Shown here piece by piece: positions 31,926-41,044 of a stretch of 64,000 nt of DNA. How positions within the stretch are numbered: the first letter of the stretch is position 1; each line of letters begins with the position of its first letter. Source of the DNA: Gemmatimonadota bacterium (lineage in GTDB: Bacteria; Gemmatimonadota; Gemmatimonadetes; Palauibacterales; Palauibacteraceae); assembly GCA_046757885.1 (NCBI GenBank), contig JBHHZD010000006.1, positions 14,914-78,913 on the forward strand, read 5' to 3'. Both the position numbers and the translations under genes were made by a program. The notes below the pieces were generated by a model. That model saw nothing but the letters and a program-made list of their open reading frames with translations. It was not told the DNA's origin and made no database searches.

Positions 31926-33452
31926 ATGCCCAACATCCTGCCGGGCGCGCCCGCTCCGGACATCGACGCCTTTCGCGCCCTCGCGGGCCCGGGGCGCGTC
32001 GTCCCCGTGTTCGTCGAGTTCCCGTTCGACACGGAGACGGCGGTCACGGCCTACGCGAAGCTGAGGCGGGGCTCCTTCGGCTTCCTGCTGGAGTCCGTCA
32101 TCGGGGGCGAACGCTGGGCTCGATACAGCTTCCTCGGCTCCGGGCCCCGCGAAGCGTGGAAGGTGAGGGACGGCGTCGTCTCACGCTGGACGCCCGACGG
32201 CTCTTGGGCGCAGGTGGGCCGGGCCGAGGATGCGCTGTCGGAATTCGGCCGCTGGCTGGGACGGTGGGAGCCCGCCGATGTGAAGGGTCTGCCTCGCTTC
32301 TGGGGTGGGGCCGTAGGGTTCTTCGGCTACGACATCGTGCGTTGGTTCGAGCGCCTGCCGGACGCGCCGGCCCGGGACATCGACTGCCCGGACGCGTGCT
32401 TCCTGCTCACCGACTGCGTGCTCATCATCGACAACCTGTTCAATCGCGCGCACGCGGTGACCGCGGTGCCCATCTCCGCCGATGAGGACGTGGACGTGGA
32501 CGCCCTGTACGCGGAGGCCGTCGAGCGCCTGCGCGGCTGGCTGGCCGATCTTCGCGAGCCGTGCCGCCTCGAGCCGCTTCGGTCGGGGCCCGCGGCCCTC
32601 GACGGGATCTCGCCGCGCTCGAACCGGACGCGGCAGGACTACGAGGGAGCGGTGGAGCGCATTCGCGAGTACATCCGGGCCGGCGATGCCTTCCAGGTCG
32701 TCCTCTCCCAGCGTCTCGAGGTCCCGATGGAAGCCGACTCGCTCGCCGTGTATCGCGCGCTCCGGAGTCTGAATCCGTCGCCCTACCTGTATCTGCTCGA
32801 GCTCGATTCCGTGCGTCTCATCGGCGCTTCCCCGGAGGTGCTGGTACGGGTCGAAGAGGGCGAGGTGACCGTGCGACCCATCGCCGGGACGAGGCCGCGC
32901 GGAAGCGGAGAAGAGGAGGACCGCGCTCTGGCGGACGAGCTCCTGGCGGACGGCAAGGAGCGCGCCGAGCACCTGATGCTGGTCGACCTCGGACGAAACG
33001 ACGTGGGGCGCGTCGCGGAAGCCGGATCCGTGCGGCTCGCCGAGTTCATGACCATCGAGCGCTACAGCCACGTCATGCACATGGTCAGCGAGGTCACGGG
33101 CCGCCTGCGCGACGGCTGTGACGCGCTGGACGCCTTCCGGGCCTGCTTTCCGGCCGGTACGCTCACGGGTGCCCCGAAGATCAGGGCCATGGAGATCATC
33201 GACGAGCTGGAGCCGACGCGCCGGGGCCCCTACGGGGGGGCGGCCGGCTACATAGGCTGGGGAGCCCGCTCTCTGGACATGGCGATCGCGATCCGCACGA
33301 TCGTGAACGCCGGCGAGCGGGCGTACATCCAGGCCGGCGCCGGAATCGTGCACGACTCGGTGCCGGAGCGGGAGTGGCAGGAGACGCGCGACAAGGCACG
33401 CGCGCTCGTCGGAGCGCTCGCCAGGGCCCTTCCCACGGGCGGCGGCACATGA
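31926..33452 (+). CDS. trpE: anthranilate synthase component I
   Basis: Trp-feedback motif LLESVIGGERWARYSF. Chorismate-binding core GTRPRG...EHLMLVDLGRNDVGRV...GAAGYIGW. Confidence 0.9.
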   Translation: MPNILPGAPAPDIDAFRALAGPGRVVPVFVEFPFDTETAVTAYAKLRRGSFGFLLESVIGGERWARYSFLGSGPREAWKVRDGVVSRWTPDGSWAQVGRAEDALSEFGRWLGRWEPADVKGLPRFWGGAVGFFGYDIVRWFERLPDAPARDIDCPDACFLLTDCVLIIDNLFNRAHAVTAVPISADEDVDVDALYAEAVERLRGWLADLREPCRLEPLRSGPAALDGISPRSNRTRQDYEGAVERIREYIRAGDAFQVVLSQRLEVPMEADSLAVYRALRSLNPSPYLYLLELDSVRLIGASPEVLVRVEEGEVTVRPIAGTRPRGSGEEEDRALADELLADGKERAEHLMLVDLGRNDVGRVAEAGSVRLAEFMTIERYSHVMHMVSEVTGRLRDGCDALDAFRACFPAGTLTGAPKIRAMEIIDELEPTRRGPYGGAAGYIGWGARSLDMAIAIRTIVNAGERAYIQAGAGIVHDSVPEREWQETRDKARALVGALARALPTGGGT

Positions 33453-34186
33453 CGCACGAGAGCCGGATCGGGGAGAGAATTCGAACGCCCGGTGCGAAGC
33501 GGGAGTACGTGCGCACACTCTTCGGTCGGGTCGCCCGCCGCTACGACCTGACGAACGATGTGATGTCGCTGGGCCTCCATCGCCGCTGGAAGCGCCTCGC
33601 CCTGGCTCTCGCCGAGGTGGGCCCGGGAGATCTCGTGCTGGATCTCGCGGCCGGCACCGGGGACTTCTCCCTTCGGGTCGTCCGGCAGACCGGCGCGCGG
33701 ACGGTCGTGGCCGCGGACCTCACCCGGGAGATGATGGCGGTCGGCAGGGCCAGGAGGCGGGCCGGGAGGGTTCGCTGGGTGCAGTGCGATGCGATGGACC
33801 TTCCGTTCGCGAGCGGGTCGGTCGACCGGGTCCTCATCGGCTACGGTCTTCGAAACTTCCCCGATCTCTCCCGTTGTCTCGCCGAGATCGCCCGCTGTCT
33901 GCGCCCCGGCGGGCGGCTCGTCAGCCTCGACTTCGGCCGCATGCGCTCGCCCCGGCTGGACCGGGCGTACCTGAAAGGGCTACGGGCCGTCGCGGGTGCC
34001 GCCGGATGGCTCCTGCACCGGGACGTCGAGTCCTACGTGTACATTCCGGAGTCACTGCGACGGTATCCGCCACAGGAGAGCGTCACCGGCCAGATGAGGG
34101 CTGCCGGCTTCGAGCGCTGCGGGCACATCGACCTTCTCTATGGCGCCATGGCCCTGCACTTCGGCGAGCGCGCGGCGGGAACCTGA
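33449..34186 (+). CDS. ubiE: demethylmenaquinone / ubiquinone C-methyltransferase
   Basis: VRTLFGRVARRYDLTNDVMSLGLHRRWKR (UbiE/MenG signature); SAM motif LDLAAGTGD; ATGA overlap with the trpE stop. Confidence 0.85.
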   Translation: MTHESRIGERIRTPGAKREYVRTLFGRVARRYDLTNDVMSLGLHRRWKRLALALAEVGPGDLVLDLAAGTGDFSLRVVRQTGARTVVAADLTREMMAVGRARRRAGRVRWVQCDAMDLPFASGSVDRVLIGYGLRNFPDLSRCLAEIARCLRPGGRLVSLDFGRMRSPRLDRAYLKGLRAVAGAAGWLLHRDVESYVYIPESLRRYPPQESVTGQMRAAGFERCGHIDLLYGAMALHFGERAAGT

Positions 34187-34192
34187 GAGAGG

Positions 34193-34375
34193 CTACTCCT
34201 TCTTCTGCTTCCATATCGTGAGCTGGCGCTGTCCCGTCTCGCTCCCCTCCAGACGGGCCGTGAGGGTATCCCCGTCCTCGAGATCCAGGTCGTCTCGCAT
34301 CTCCTGCGGAATCGTGATCCGGCCTCCGCTGCCGACCGTGACGGTGGAGTAGTACAGGACGCGATAGATGGCCAT
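34193..34375 (-). CDS. AbrB/MazE/SpoVT-family small DNA-binding protein
   Basis: 60 aa MAIYRVLYYSTVTVGSGGRITIPQEMRDDLDLEDGDTL (swapped-hairpin looped-hinge motif). The ORF-track ORF 34193..35461 is over-extended antisense to the ABC gene. Confidence 0.5.
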   Translation of the reverse strand: MAIYRVLYYSTVTVGSGGRITIPQEMRDDLDLEDGDTLTARLEGSETGQRQLTIWKQKKE

Positions 34376-34585
34376 GCTCAGTCCTCCCGGGGGGAATGCG
34401 GGCCGTGCGCGAGGCGCCGTGGCACCCGATCCGACGTGCGCTCGTTTTCGGGGCGGCGTTCCCAATATACCACGCGACCCGCCCGTGCAGAAACCGGCTC
34501 CTTCGCGGAACTTGGCCCCGGCCGGGCGAACTTGCCTTCCCGCTGCGCCGGCCCGATCATCCCGTGCCAGACTCAGCCAGGAGGT

Positions 34586-35524
34586 GTGTTGGATACAGCC
34601 ATACGCCTGCGCGGGATCAGCAAGACGTTCGGAAACACCCGCGCTATAGAGGATCTCGATTTCGAGGTCCCTCGCGGAACGATCTGCGGCCTGCTCGGGC
34701 CGAACGGAGCCGGCAAGACCACTACGATTCGCATCATCCTCGACATCGTGGGCCCGGATCGTGGCACGGTGGAGGTGCTGGGCTCGCGGATCGACGACGG
34801 CCTCCGCGCCCGCATCGGCTATCTGCCGGAGGAGCGGGGCCTGTACCAGAAGATGAAGGTGGTCGAGCACCTGGCCTTCTTCGGCGAGCTCAAGGGCATG
34901 GCGCACGCGGACGCGATGCGCGAGGCCCGCGGCTGGCTGGACCGCCTGGAGCTGGCGGACCGGGCCGACGAGCGAATCGAGACGCTCTCGAAGGGCATGC
35001 AGCAGAAGGCCCAGTTCATCGCGACCGTCCTGCACCGTCCCGACCTCCTCATCCTGGACGAGCCTTTCAGCGGACTCGATCCCATCAACGTGGACCTCCT
35101 GAAAGACATCGTGCTCGAGCGCAAGCGCGAGGGCGCCACCGTCCTGTTCTCGACGCACATGATCGAGGACGCGGAGCGCCTGTGCGAGAGGGTCTGCATG
35201 ATTGCGGGATCGCGCAAGGTGCTCGACGGGACGGTGACCGAGGTGAAGGCCGGGACGGGCCGCCGCGACGTGGCCATGAACTGCGACGGCGGGCATGCGT
35301 TCCTCAGGGCACCCGACCTCGTGGACTCGGTGAACGATCACGGACAGTACGTGGAGGTGCGGCTTCGGGAGGGGGCGGACCCGCAGGAATTGCTTCGACG
35401 GGCCGTGTCCGAGGGCGTACGCATCGATCGTTTCGAGCTCGTGGAGCCGTCCCTGCGGCAAATCTTCCTGGAGCGAGCCGGGAGGTCCGGACCGAACGGA
35501 CCGACCGGGAGTGAGGGGGTCTGA
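34586..35524 (+). CDS. ABC transporter ATP-binding protein (ABC-2 exporter type)
   Basis: Walker A GPNGAGKTTT, signature LSKGMQQK, Walker B LLILDEPFSGLD. AGGAGG at 34578..34583. Start is GTG 34586 or TTG 34589 (uncertain). Confidence 0.85.
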   Translation: MLDTAIRLRGISKTFGNTRAIEDLDFEVPRGTICGLLGPNGAGKTTTIRIILDIVGPDRGTVEVLGSRIDDGLRARIGYLPEERGLYQKMKVVEHLAFFGELKGMAHADAMREARGWLDRLELADRADERIETLSKGMQQKAQFIATVLHRPDLLILDEPFSGLDPINVDLLKDIVLERKREGATVLFSTHMIEDAERLCERVCMIAGSRKVLDGTVTEVKAGTGRRDVAMNCDGGHAFLRAPDLVDSVNDHGQYVEVRLREGADPQELLRRAVSEGVRIDRFELVEPSLRQIFLERAGRSGPNGPTGSEGV

Positions 35525-36792
35525 TGCCGATAAATCGCCGGGTACGGGCGGTCATGCGCCGGGAGTACCTGCAGCGGGTCCGCAGCAAGTGGTTCCTCTT
35601 CTCGACGCTCGTCGTGCCGGTGCTCATCCTCGGGATCATGGTCCTGCCCGTCATCCTGCCCGAGGTCCTGGGCGGAAAGGAAGAGATCGGCGTAGGGGTG
35701 ATCGATCGATCTGGAACGGACGTGCAGGACCGTCTCGCGTCGGGCCTGGCGGAGGAGAACATCTCCGTGCAGACCCTCGAGCTGCATCCCGACGTGACGC
35801 CGGAAGGGCTGGCCGACGAGCTGCCCCCGGAGCCGCCGCTTCAGGCGTATCTCTTCCTGCCCGCCGATGTCCTCGAGAGCCGCGCGGCCACGCTCGTGGA
35901 GGTCAAGCATCTCGGCGCCAGCCAGCACGCCGCGATCCGCCGGGCCCTCAGGGAAGCCATCACGGTCGTCCGTCTGGCGGGCAGCGGGATCGAGGGCGAA
36001 GAGGCGTCGGCGATTCTTCGCCCGGCGACGCTCGATGTCGAGGAGCTGCGCCCGAGCGGCCGGGGGCCGTCGGAGATCTACGCGGCGTTCGGGTTCGTGT
36101 TCGCGATGATGCTGTACATGATGTTCATCGTGTACGGCCAGATGATCGCCCGGGGCGTCATCGAGGAGAAGACGTCGAACATCGTCGAGATCATGGTCTC
36201 GTCCGTGCGGCCCTGGGAGATGATGCTCGGCAAGATCGTGGGGGTGGGAGCCGTCGGCCTCACGCAGGTCGCGATCTGGGGTGTCGTCGTTGCCATCGCT
36301 TCGCTGTACGGCCTGTCCGGTGCCATGGCGACGTTGTCGGATCTGGGCCTGGACTTGAGCGGATTCCGGTTCCCCCTGGGGCTCGCGACGATGGCGCTGC
36401 TCTTCTTCGTTCTGGGATATCTCCTCTATGCGAGCCTGTTCGCGAGCGCCGGGGCCATGCTCAGTAACGAGCAGGACGTGCAGCAGGTCATGATGCCGGT
36501 GCTCATCCCGATCGTGATCCCGATCATGCTGATGCCGGCCGTGCTCGACACGCCCGACGCGAGTTGGGCCGTCATCGTGTCTCTCGTGCCCTTCTTCAGC
36601 CCCATCCTTCTCATGGTGCGGCTCGCGGTCGGCAATGTCCCGGTGTGGCAGAGCGTGGCCGCCATCGCGCTGCTCGTCCTCACGATCCTCGGGACCGCAT
36701 GGGTAGCCGGGCGCATCTACCGGGTCGGCATCCTGATGAAGGGCAAGCGGCCCAATCTCCCGGAGCTCGTCCGCTGGGTGAGGTACGGATGA
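35524..36792 (+). CDS. ABC-2 family transporter permease
   Basis: 422 aa, 6-7 TM, N-terminal RREYLQRVRSKWFLFSTLVVPVLILGIMV; start shares one nt with the ATPase stop. Confidence 0.8.
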   Translation: MPINRRVRAVMRREYLQRVRSKWFLFSTLVVPVLILGIMVLPVILPEVLGGKEEIGVGVIDRSGTDVQDRLASGLAEENISVQTLELHPDVTPEGLADELPPEPPLQAYLFLPADVLESRAATLVEVKHLGASQHAAIRRALREAITVVRLAGSGIEGEEASAILRPATLDVEELRPSGRGPSEIYAAFGFVFAMMLYMMFIVYGQMIARGVIEEKTSNIVEIMVSSVRPWEMMLGKIVGVGAVGLTQVAIWGVVVAIASLYGLSGAMATLSDLGLDLSGFRFPLGLATMALLFFVLGYLLYASLFASAGAMLSNEQDVQQVMMPVLIPIVIPIMLMPAVLDTPDASWAVIVSLVPFFSPILLMVRLAVGNVPVWQSVAAIALLVLTILGTAWVAGRIYRVGILMKGKRPNLPELVRWVRYG

Positions 36793-37652
36793 GACACGGC
36801 GGCCGTGGCGGGCGCCCGGGGAGCTGGAGCCTGCTCGCGGCGGCGCTTCTCGCCACGACCGCCTGTGCGCGCCACGCCTCGCCCCTGCGCGTCGGGTCCA
36901 CGACCTCCCTGTACGACTCCGGCCTTCTCGATGCGCTCGTTCCCGCATTCGAGAGCGCGCACCCGGACCAGGACGTCAAGATCATCGCGGTCGGAACGGG
37001 AGAAGCGCTGGCCCTGGGCAGGAGACGCGACGTGGATGTGCTGCTCGTACACGCCCCGTCCGCCGAGGCCACTTTCATGGACGGGGGATACGGACATGAT
37101 CGCGTGACGTTCATGCGCAACGACTTCGTGATCGCGGGACCACTCTCCGATCCGGCCGGAATCTCGGACTCGCGCTCGGTTGCCGAGGCCCTGACCGCGA
37201 TCGCCCGGAAGGGAGCCCCGTTCGTCTCGCGAGGGGACGGATCCGGGACCCACATCAAGGAGACCGCGCTCTGGAAGGTGGCCCACATCACCCCGTCCGG
37301 CCCGTGGTACCGGGAGGTGGGCCAGGGAATGGGGGCGGCCCTGCGGATCGCCAGCGAGAGCGGGGCGTACGTGCTGACGGACCGCGCGACCCTGCTCGCG
37401 CTCGGCGAGAGCCTTCGGCTGAGCGTGCTGTTCGGGGCCGACTCGACGCTCGCAAATCCCTACTCCGTGATCCAGGTGACGGACGCGGCGAACCCAGGTG
37501 GGGCCTGCGCTTTCGAGAGCTGGCTGCTCTCCGACGACGCGGGTCGCCTGATCGGGGCCTTCGGAAAGGATCGGTTCGGATCCGGCCTCTTCCGTTTCCT
37601 GCCCTCCGCGGCCGAGTCTCCGTCCTGCGCATCCGGTGAATCCGTTCGCTAG
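36789..37652 (+). CDS. tupA: tungstate/molybdate ABC transporter substrate-binding lipoprotein (TupA/WtpA-like)
   Basis: Lipobox LLATTACA. Anion-binding motif VGSTTSLYDSGLLDAL (TupA TTS-DSGL). ATGA overlap with the upstream permease. Confidence 0.7.
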   Translation: MRHGGRGGRPGSWSLLAAALLATTACARHASPLRVGSTTSLYDSGLLDALVPAFESAHPDQDVKIIAVGTGEALALGRRRDVDVLLVHAPSAEATFMDGGYGHDRVTFMRNDFVIAGPLSDPAGISDSRSVAEALTAIARKGAPFVSRGDGSGTHIKETALWKVAHITPSGPWYREVGQGMGAALRIASESGAYVLTDRATLLALGESLRLSVLFGADSTLANPYSVIQVTDAANPGGACAFESWLLSDDAGRLIGAFGKDRFGSGLFRFLPSAAESPSCASGESVR

Positions 37653-38334
37653 CGCCTGGGAACTGTTGTCTTCGGGGGACGCGTACGTCCTCGACATCGT
37701 CCTTCGCTCTCTCTCGATCTCGGGCACGGCCCTCGTGCTGGCGACCCTCATCGGCATCCCGATCGGGACGATCGTGGCGCTCGGCCGATTCCGGTTTCGC
37801 GCCCCCACCATCGTGCTCCTGAACACGGGTCTCGCGCTCCCCCCCGTCGTCGTCGGCCTCGGGGTCTACCTGCTTCTGTCACGCAGCGGTCCCCTGGGTC
37901 CGATGGACCTCCTGTACTCGCCGAGCGCGGTCGTGCTCGCCCAGGTCATTCTCGCCGGGCCTTACATCGCGGCCGTGACCCTGGCCGCGGTCGACGGCGT
38001 CCCCGCGGATGTTCGTCTTCAGGCGCGGGGGCTCGGCGCGAATCGCTGGAGAGCTCTCCTCCTGCACCTGCGGGAAGTGCGCGGCTCGCTGATCGCCGCC
38101 GTGGCCGCAGGCTTCGGCGCGATCATCAGCGAAGTCGGCGCCGTGATGATCGTGGGAGGGAACATCCTGGGCGAGACGAGAGTCATGACGACGACCATCG
38201 TTCTCGAGACGCGGCGAGGGCACTTCGGGATCGCGGTCGCGCTGGGCGTCGTCCTCTTCGCGCTCGCGCTGGTCGTCACCGCGGGTCTCCTGATGCTGCC
38301 GGGGGGACGCCTGCGGAGGCCGCAGACCTCGTGA
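37636..38334 (+). CDS. tupB: tungstate ABC transporter permease
   Basis: 232 aa, 5-6 TM, binding-protein-dependent transport inner-membrane signature region. Confidence 0.8.
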   Translation: MNPFASAWELLSSGDAYVLDIVLRSLSISGTALVLATLIGIPIGTIVALGRFRFRAPTIVLLNTGLALPPVVVGLGVYLLLSRSGPLGPMDLLYSPSAVVLAQVILAGPYIAAVTLAAVDGVPADVRLQARGLGANRWRALLLHLREVRGSLIAAVAAGFGAIISEVGAVMIVGGNILGETRVMTTTIVLETRRGHFGIAVALGVVLFALALVVTAGLLMLPGGRLRRPQTS

Positions 38335-39425
38335 GGCCATCGGGGGGTGAGATCCTGATCGGGCTCGATCTCGGTTTCGAGGTCGGTGATCGCACCGTGC
38401 TCGCCGTCCCCCGCGTGACCCTGCGCGAGGGCGAGATCCTGGCCATCCTCGGCCCCAACGGGTCGGGGAAGACGACCCTGCTGCACGTTCTGGCCGGGCT
38501 CCGGCGCCCCACCTCCGGACGCATCGAGTACCGGGGGCATACGGGGGCCGACGCCCGGAAGGCCCTGCGGCTCTCGACCGCCGCCGTCTTTCAGCGCCCC
38601 CACCTGTGGGAAGGCTCCGTGCGCATGAACCTCGAGCTCGGGCTGCGCATCCGCGGGCGCCGCCGGCCGTCGAGCGACGAGATGGCGGCGAGGGTGGAGG
38701 CCAGGGCGCGCCAGCTGGGGGTGGCCGCCCTGCTCGATGCACCGGCTCGGCACCTGTCCGGCGGCGAGATGCAGCGGGTCGCGATCGCCCGGGCCCTCCT
38801 GCTCGAGCCCGATGTCCTGTTCCTGGACGAGCCGACCGCGAACCTGGATCTCGAGGTGTGCCGGTCGCTCAGAGAGGACGTCGAGCGCGTCGCCCGGCAG
38901 GGGACGTCGAGCGTGCTGCTCGCGACCCACGATCGCGTGGAGGCCTTCTCACTCGCGGACCGCGTCGCCGTCCTCCGGGAGGGGCGCATCGTACAGCAGG
39001 GAACACCCACGGATCTCTACGAAGACCCGCAGGATCCGATGATCGCCAGATTCACCGGAGCGGAGCTCACGCTAGAGGGCCGGATCGTGGCCGGGCGGGA
39101 CGGGTTCGTGGAAGTCGAGGCCGGATCGACCCGCCTCACGGCGAGGGGCGAGGCTCCCGTCGGGGCCAACGTGAAGATCGCCTATCGGCCCGAAGACCTG
39201 CTCCTCGTGAAGGAGGTCTCCGAGCACGGGAGCGCCCGGAATCGGCTCACGGCCCGCATCAAGGACGTCCGCCTTCTGGGCGGCGTGATGCGGGTTCGGC
39301 TCGCTGCCCCCGTGGAGATGGTCGCCGTCGTCACCCGTGCGGCGGCCGAGGAGCTGGAGCTGCGGGAGGGGGGGACGATCGGCGTCCTGTGCAAGGCGAC
39401 CGCACTGCACGTCTTCCAGGTATGA
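38331..39425 (+). CDS. tupC: tungstate/molybdate ABC transporter ATP-binding protein with C-terminal TOBE domain
   Basis: Walker A GPNGSGKTT, LSGGEMQRVAIARAL, Walker B LFLDEPTANLD, C-terminal TOBE-like beta domain. Confidence 0.85.
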   Translation: MRPSGGEILIGLDLGFEVGDRTVLAVPRVTLREGEILAILGPNGSGKTTLLHVLAGLRRPTSGRIEYRGHTGADARKALRLSTAAVFQRPHLWEGSVRMNLELGLRIRGRRRPSSDEMAARVEARARQLGVAALLDAPARHLSGGEMQRVAIARALLLEPDVLFLDEPTANLDLEVCRSLREDVERVARQGTSSVLLATHDRVEAFSLADRVAVLREGRIVQQGTPTDLYEDPQDPMIARFTGAELTLEGRIVAGRDGFVEVEAGSTRLTARGEAPVGANVKIAYRPEDLLLVKEVSEHGSARNRLTARIKDVRLLGGVMRVRLAAPVEMVAVVTRAAAEELELREGGTIGVLCKATALHVFQV

Positions 39426-39426
39426 C

Positions 39427-40056
39427 CTACCCGCCGGAGGCCTCCGGATCCTCGATGAGGGTCATCTGGTCGTCACCCCGCGAAGGAACGACGTGGTGGC
39501 GGCGGCATCGCGCCTCGTAGCTCTCCGACCCCCCGACCTGAATCGTGGGCCCTTCCGCGGGAGCCGGCTGTCCGTCGATCAGGCGCTGGTTGCGCGTGGC
39601 GAGCTCGCCGCACACCACGCAGATGGCGTGCAGCTTGTCGATGCGCTCCGCGATGGCGAGGAGCTCCCCGATGGAACCGAAGGGCCGGCCACGGAAATCC
39701 ATGTCCGTGCCGGACACGATGACCCGACAGCCACGATCCGCCAGCGCGCTCACCACCCCGACGATTCCCGGGTCGAGAAACTGCACCTCATCGACGGCGA
39801 CGACTTCCGTGTCGGGCTCGATCCATTCCGCGACGTCCCGGGAGCTCGTCACCGCCTTCGCGTCGATCATGCGGCCGTCGTGGGAGCTGATGGTCTGGAT
39901 GCCGCTGTAGCGGTCGTCGAGATGCGACTTGAACACCTGGACCTTTCTGCGCGCGATGAGCGCCCGTCGGACGCGGCGCAGGAGCTCCTCGGACTTGCCG
40001 CTGAACATCACTCCCGTGATGACCTCGATCGACCCGTCCCTGCCGTCGGCGGCCAC
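39427..40056 (-). CDS. tdk: thymidine kinase
   Basis: P-loop GVMFSGKSEELL, VAVDEVQF, Zn ribbon CVVCG...CRRHH. Confidence 0.9.
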   Translation of the reverse strand: MAADGRDGSIEVITGVMFSGKSEELLRRVRRALIARRKVQVFKSHLDDRYSGIQTISSHDGRMIDAKAVTSSRDVAEWIEPDTEVVAVDEVQFLDPGIVGVVSALADRGCRVIVSGTDMDFRGRPFGSIGELLAIAERIDKLHAICVVCGELATRNQRLIDGQPAPAEGPTIQVGGSESYEARCRRHHVVPSRGDDQMTLIEDPEASGG

Positions 40057-40078
40057 GCTTCGTTCCCCGGGTTTCGGG

Positions 40079-40315
40079 TCAGCTGTCCGTCACGCTGGCC
40101 GCGAAGAGCTCGGCAAGATCCTCGTCCGTGGCCTCCTGCAGCTCGCGCTCGGCCACCGAGACATCACCACTCGGGTGGATGACGAACCGGGGTCGGGTCC
40201 GCGGAGCATCCAGACAGTTGAAGAAGATCCGGGCCGCGGCGGCGGAATCCGGCTGCCCGCCGGTCACGTACGCTTCCCAGCGCAAGAGGTCGGCATCGAA
40301 GAAGGTTCTGGCCAT
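40079..40315 (-). CDS. hypothetical small protein
   Basis: 78-aa ORF 4 nt downstream of the next small ORF; no known motif. Confidence 0.3.
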   Translation of the reverse strand: MARTFFDADLLRWEAYVTGGQPDSAAAARIFFNCLDAPRTRPRFVIHPSGDVSVAERELQEATDEDLAELFAASVTDS

Positions 40316-40322
40316 GGGACGG

Positions 40323-40676
40323 TCAGACCTTCACCGAACGGGTCAGCAGGTCGCGAAGATCCGCCTCCTTCAGCTGCGCCGCGGCTTGCCTCGGAACCTT
40401 GGATACGCCCGCCGGCACGAGCGTGTAGCGCTGCGCCTCCGCCGGCCGATTCCGATTGCGGAACATCACCAGCAGACGTGGTGATTGCGGATCCGTCCCC
40501 GAATGGAGGCAGAGCTCCGCCTGCCAGCGGTCTCCCGAAGGGCTCGTGAACTCGACCTTGTGGCTATCGGCCGCTCCGTCGAGCCGGAACAGAAGCTTTT
40601 TCAGCAGTGCCTTGGCCTTCGCGTCCATCCCTTTCGTCGCTCCTGGGTCGGTGGCGCCCGGGGTCGGTCGGATCAT
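40323..40676 (-). CDS. hypothetical protein
   Basis: 117-aa ORF, no known motif. Confidence 0.35.
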   Translation of the reverse strand: MIRPTPGATDPGATKGMDAKAKALLKKLLFRLDGAADSHKVEFTSPSGDRWQAELCLHSGTDPQSPRLLVMFRNRNRPAEAQRYTLVPAGVSKVPRQAAAQLKEADLRDLLTRSVKV

Positions 40677-41044
40677 CTCCAGCCGCTCGGGAGTGCGCGT
40701 AACCTAGAGCAGCGCCCGCCGCCTTGACAACAGGCCTGGCCGGGTGCCGGGAACCGGATGAAACCGGTGGATCGTGGCGTCACCTCCGTAGTCCCGGCGC
40801 CACACCGGGGGACGGAAAGCTCGCAGTTTTCCACAATCCCGCGGCCCTGCCGCGGCCGTGGTCGGCGCCCATATCCAACTGGCACATCGGCAGATACGAG
40901 GCCGAGCCGTCTCCGCTGAGCGAAAATGCCTGCTTCCGCGCCCCCCCGGGGGCGGGTATGTTTCTTGTACCCTCGACCGATCTGTCCCGAGGCCCGCCCC
41001 CGACGGCGCGGCAGCATGAGACAGGCCTGTGAGGCAGGAGAGCC

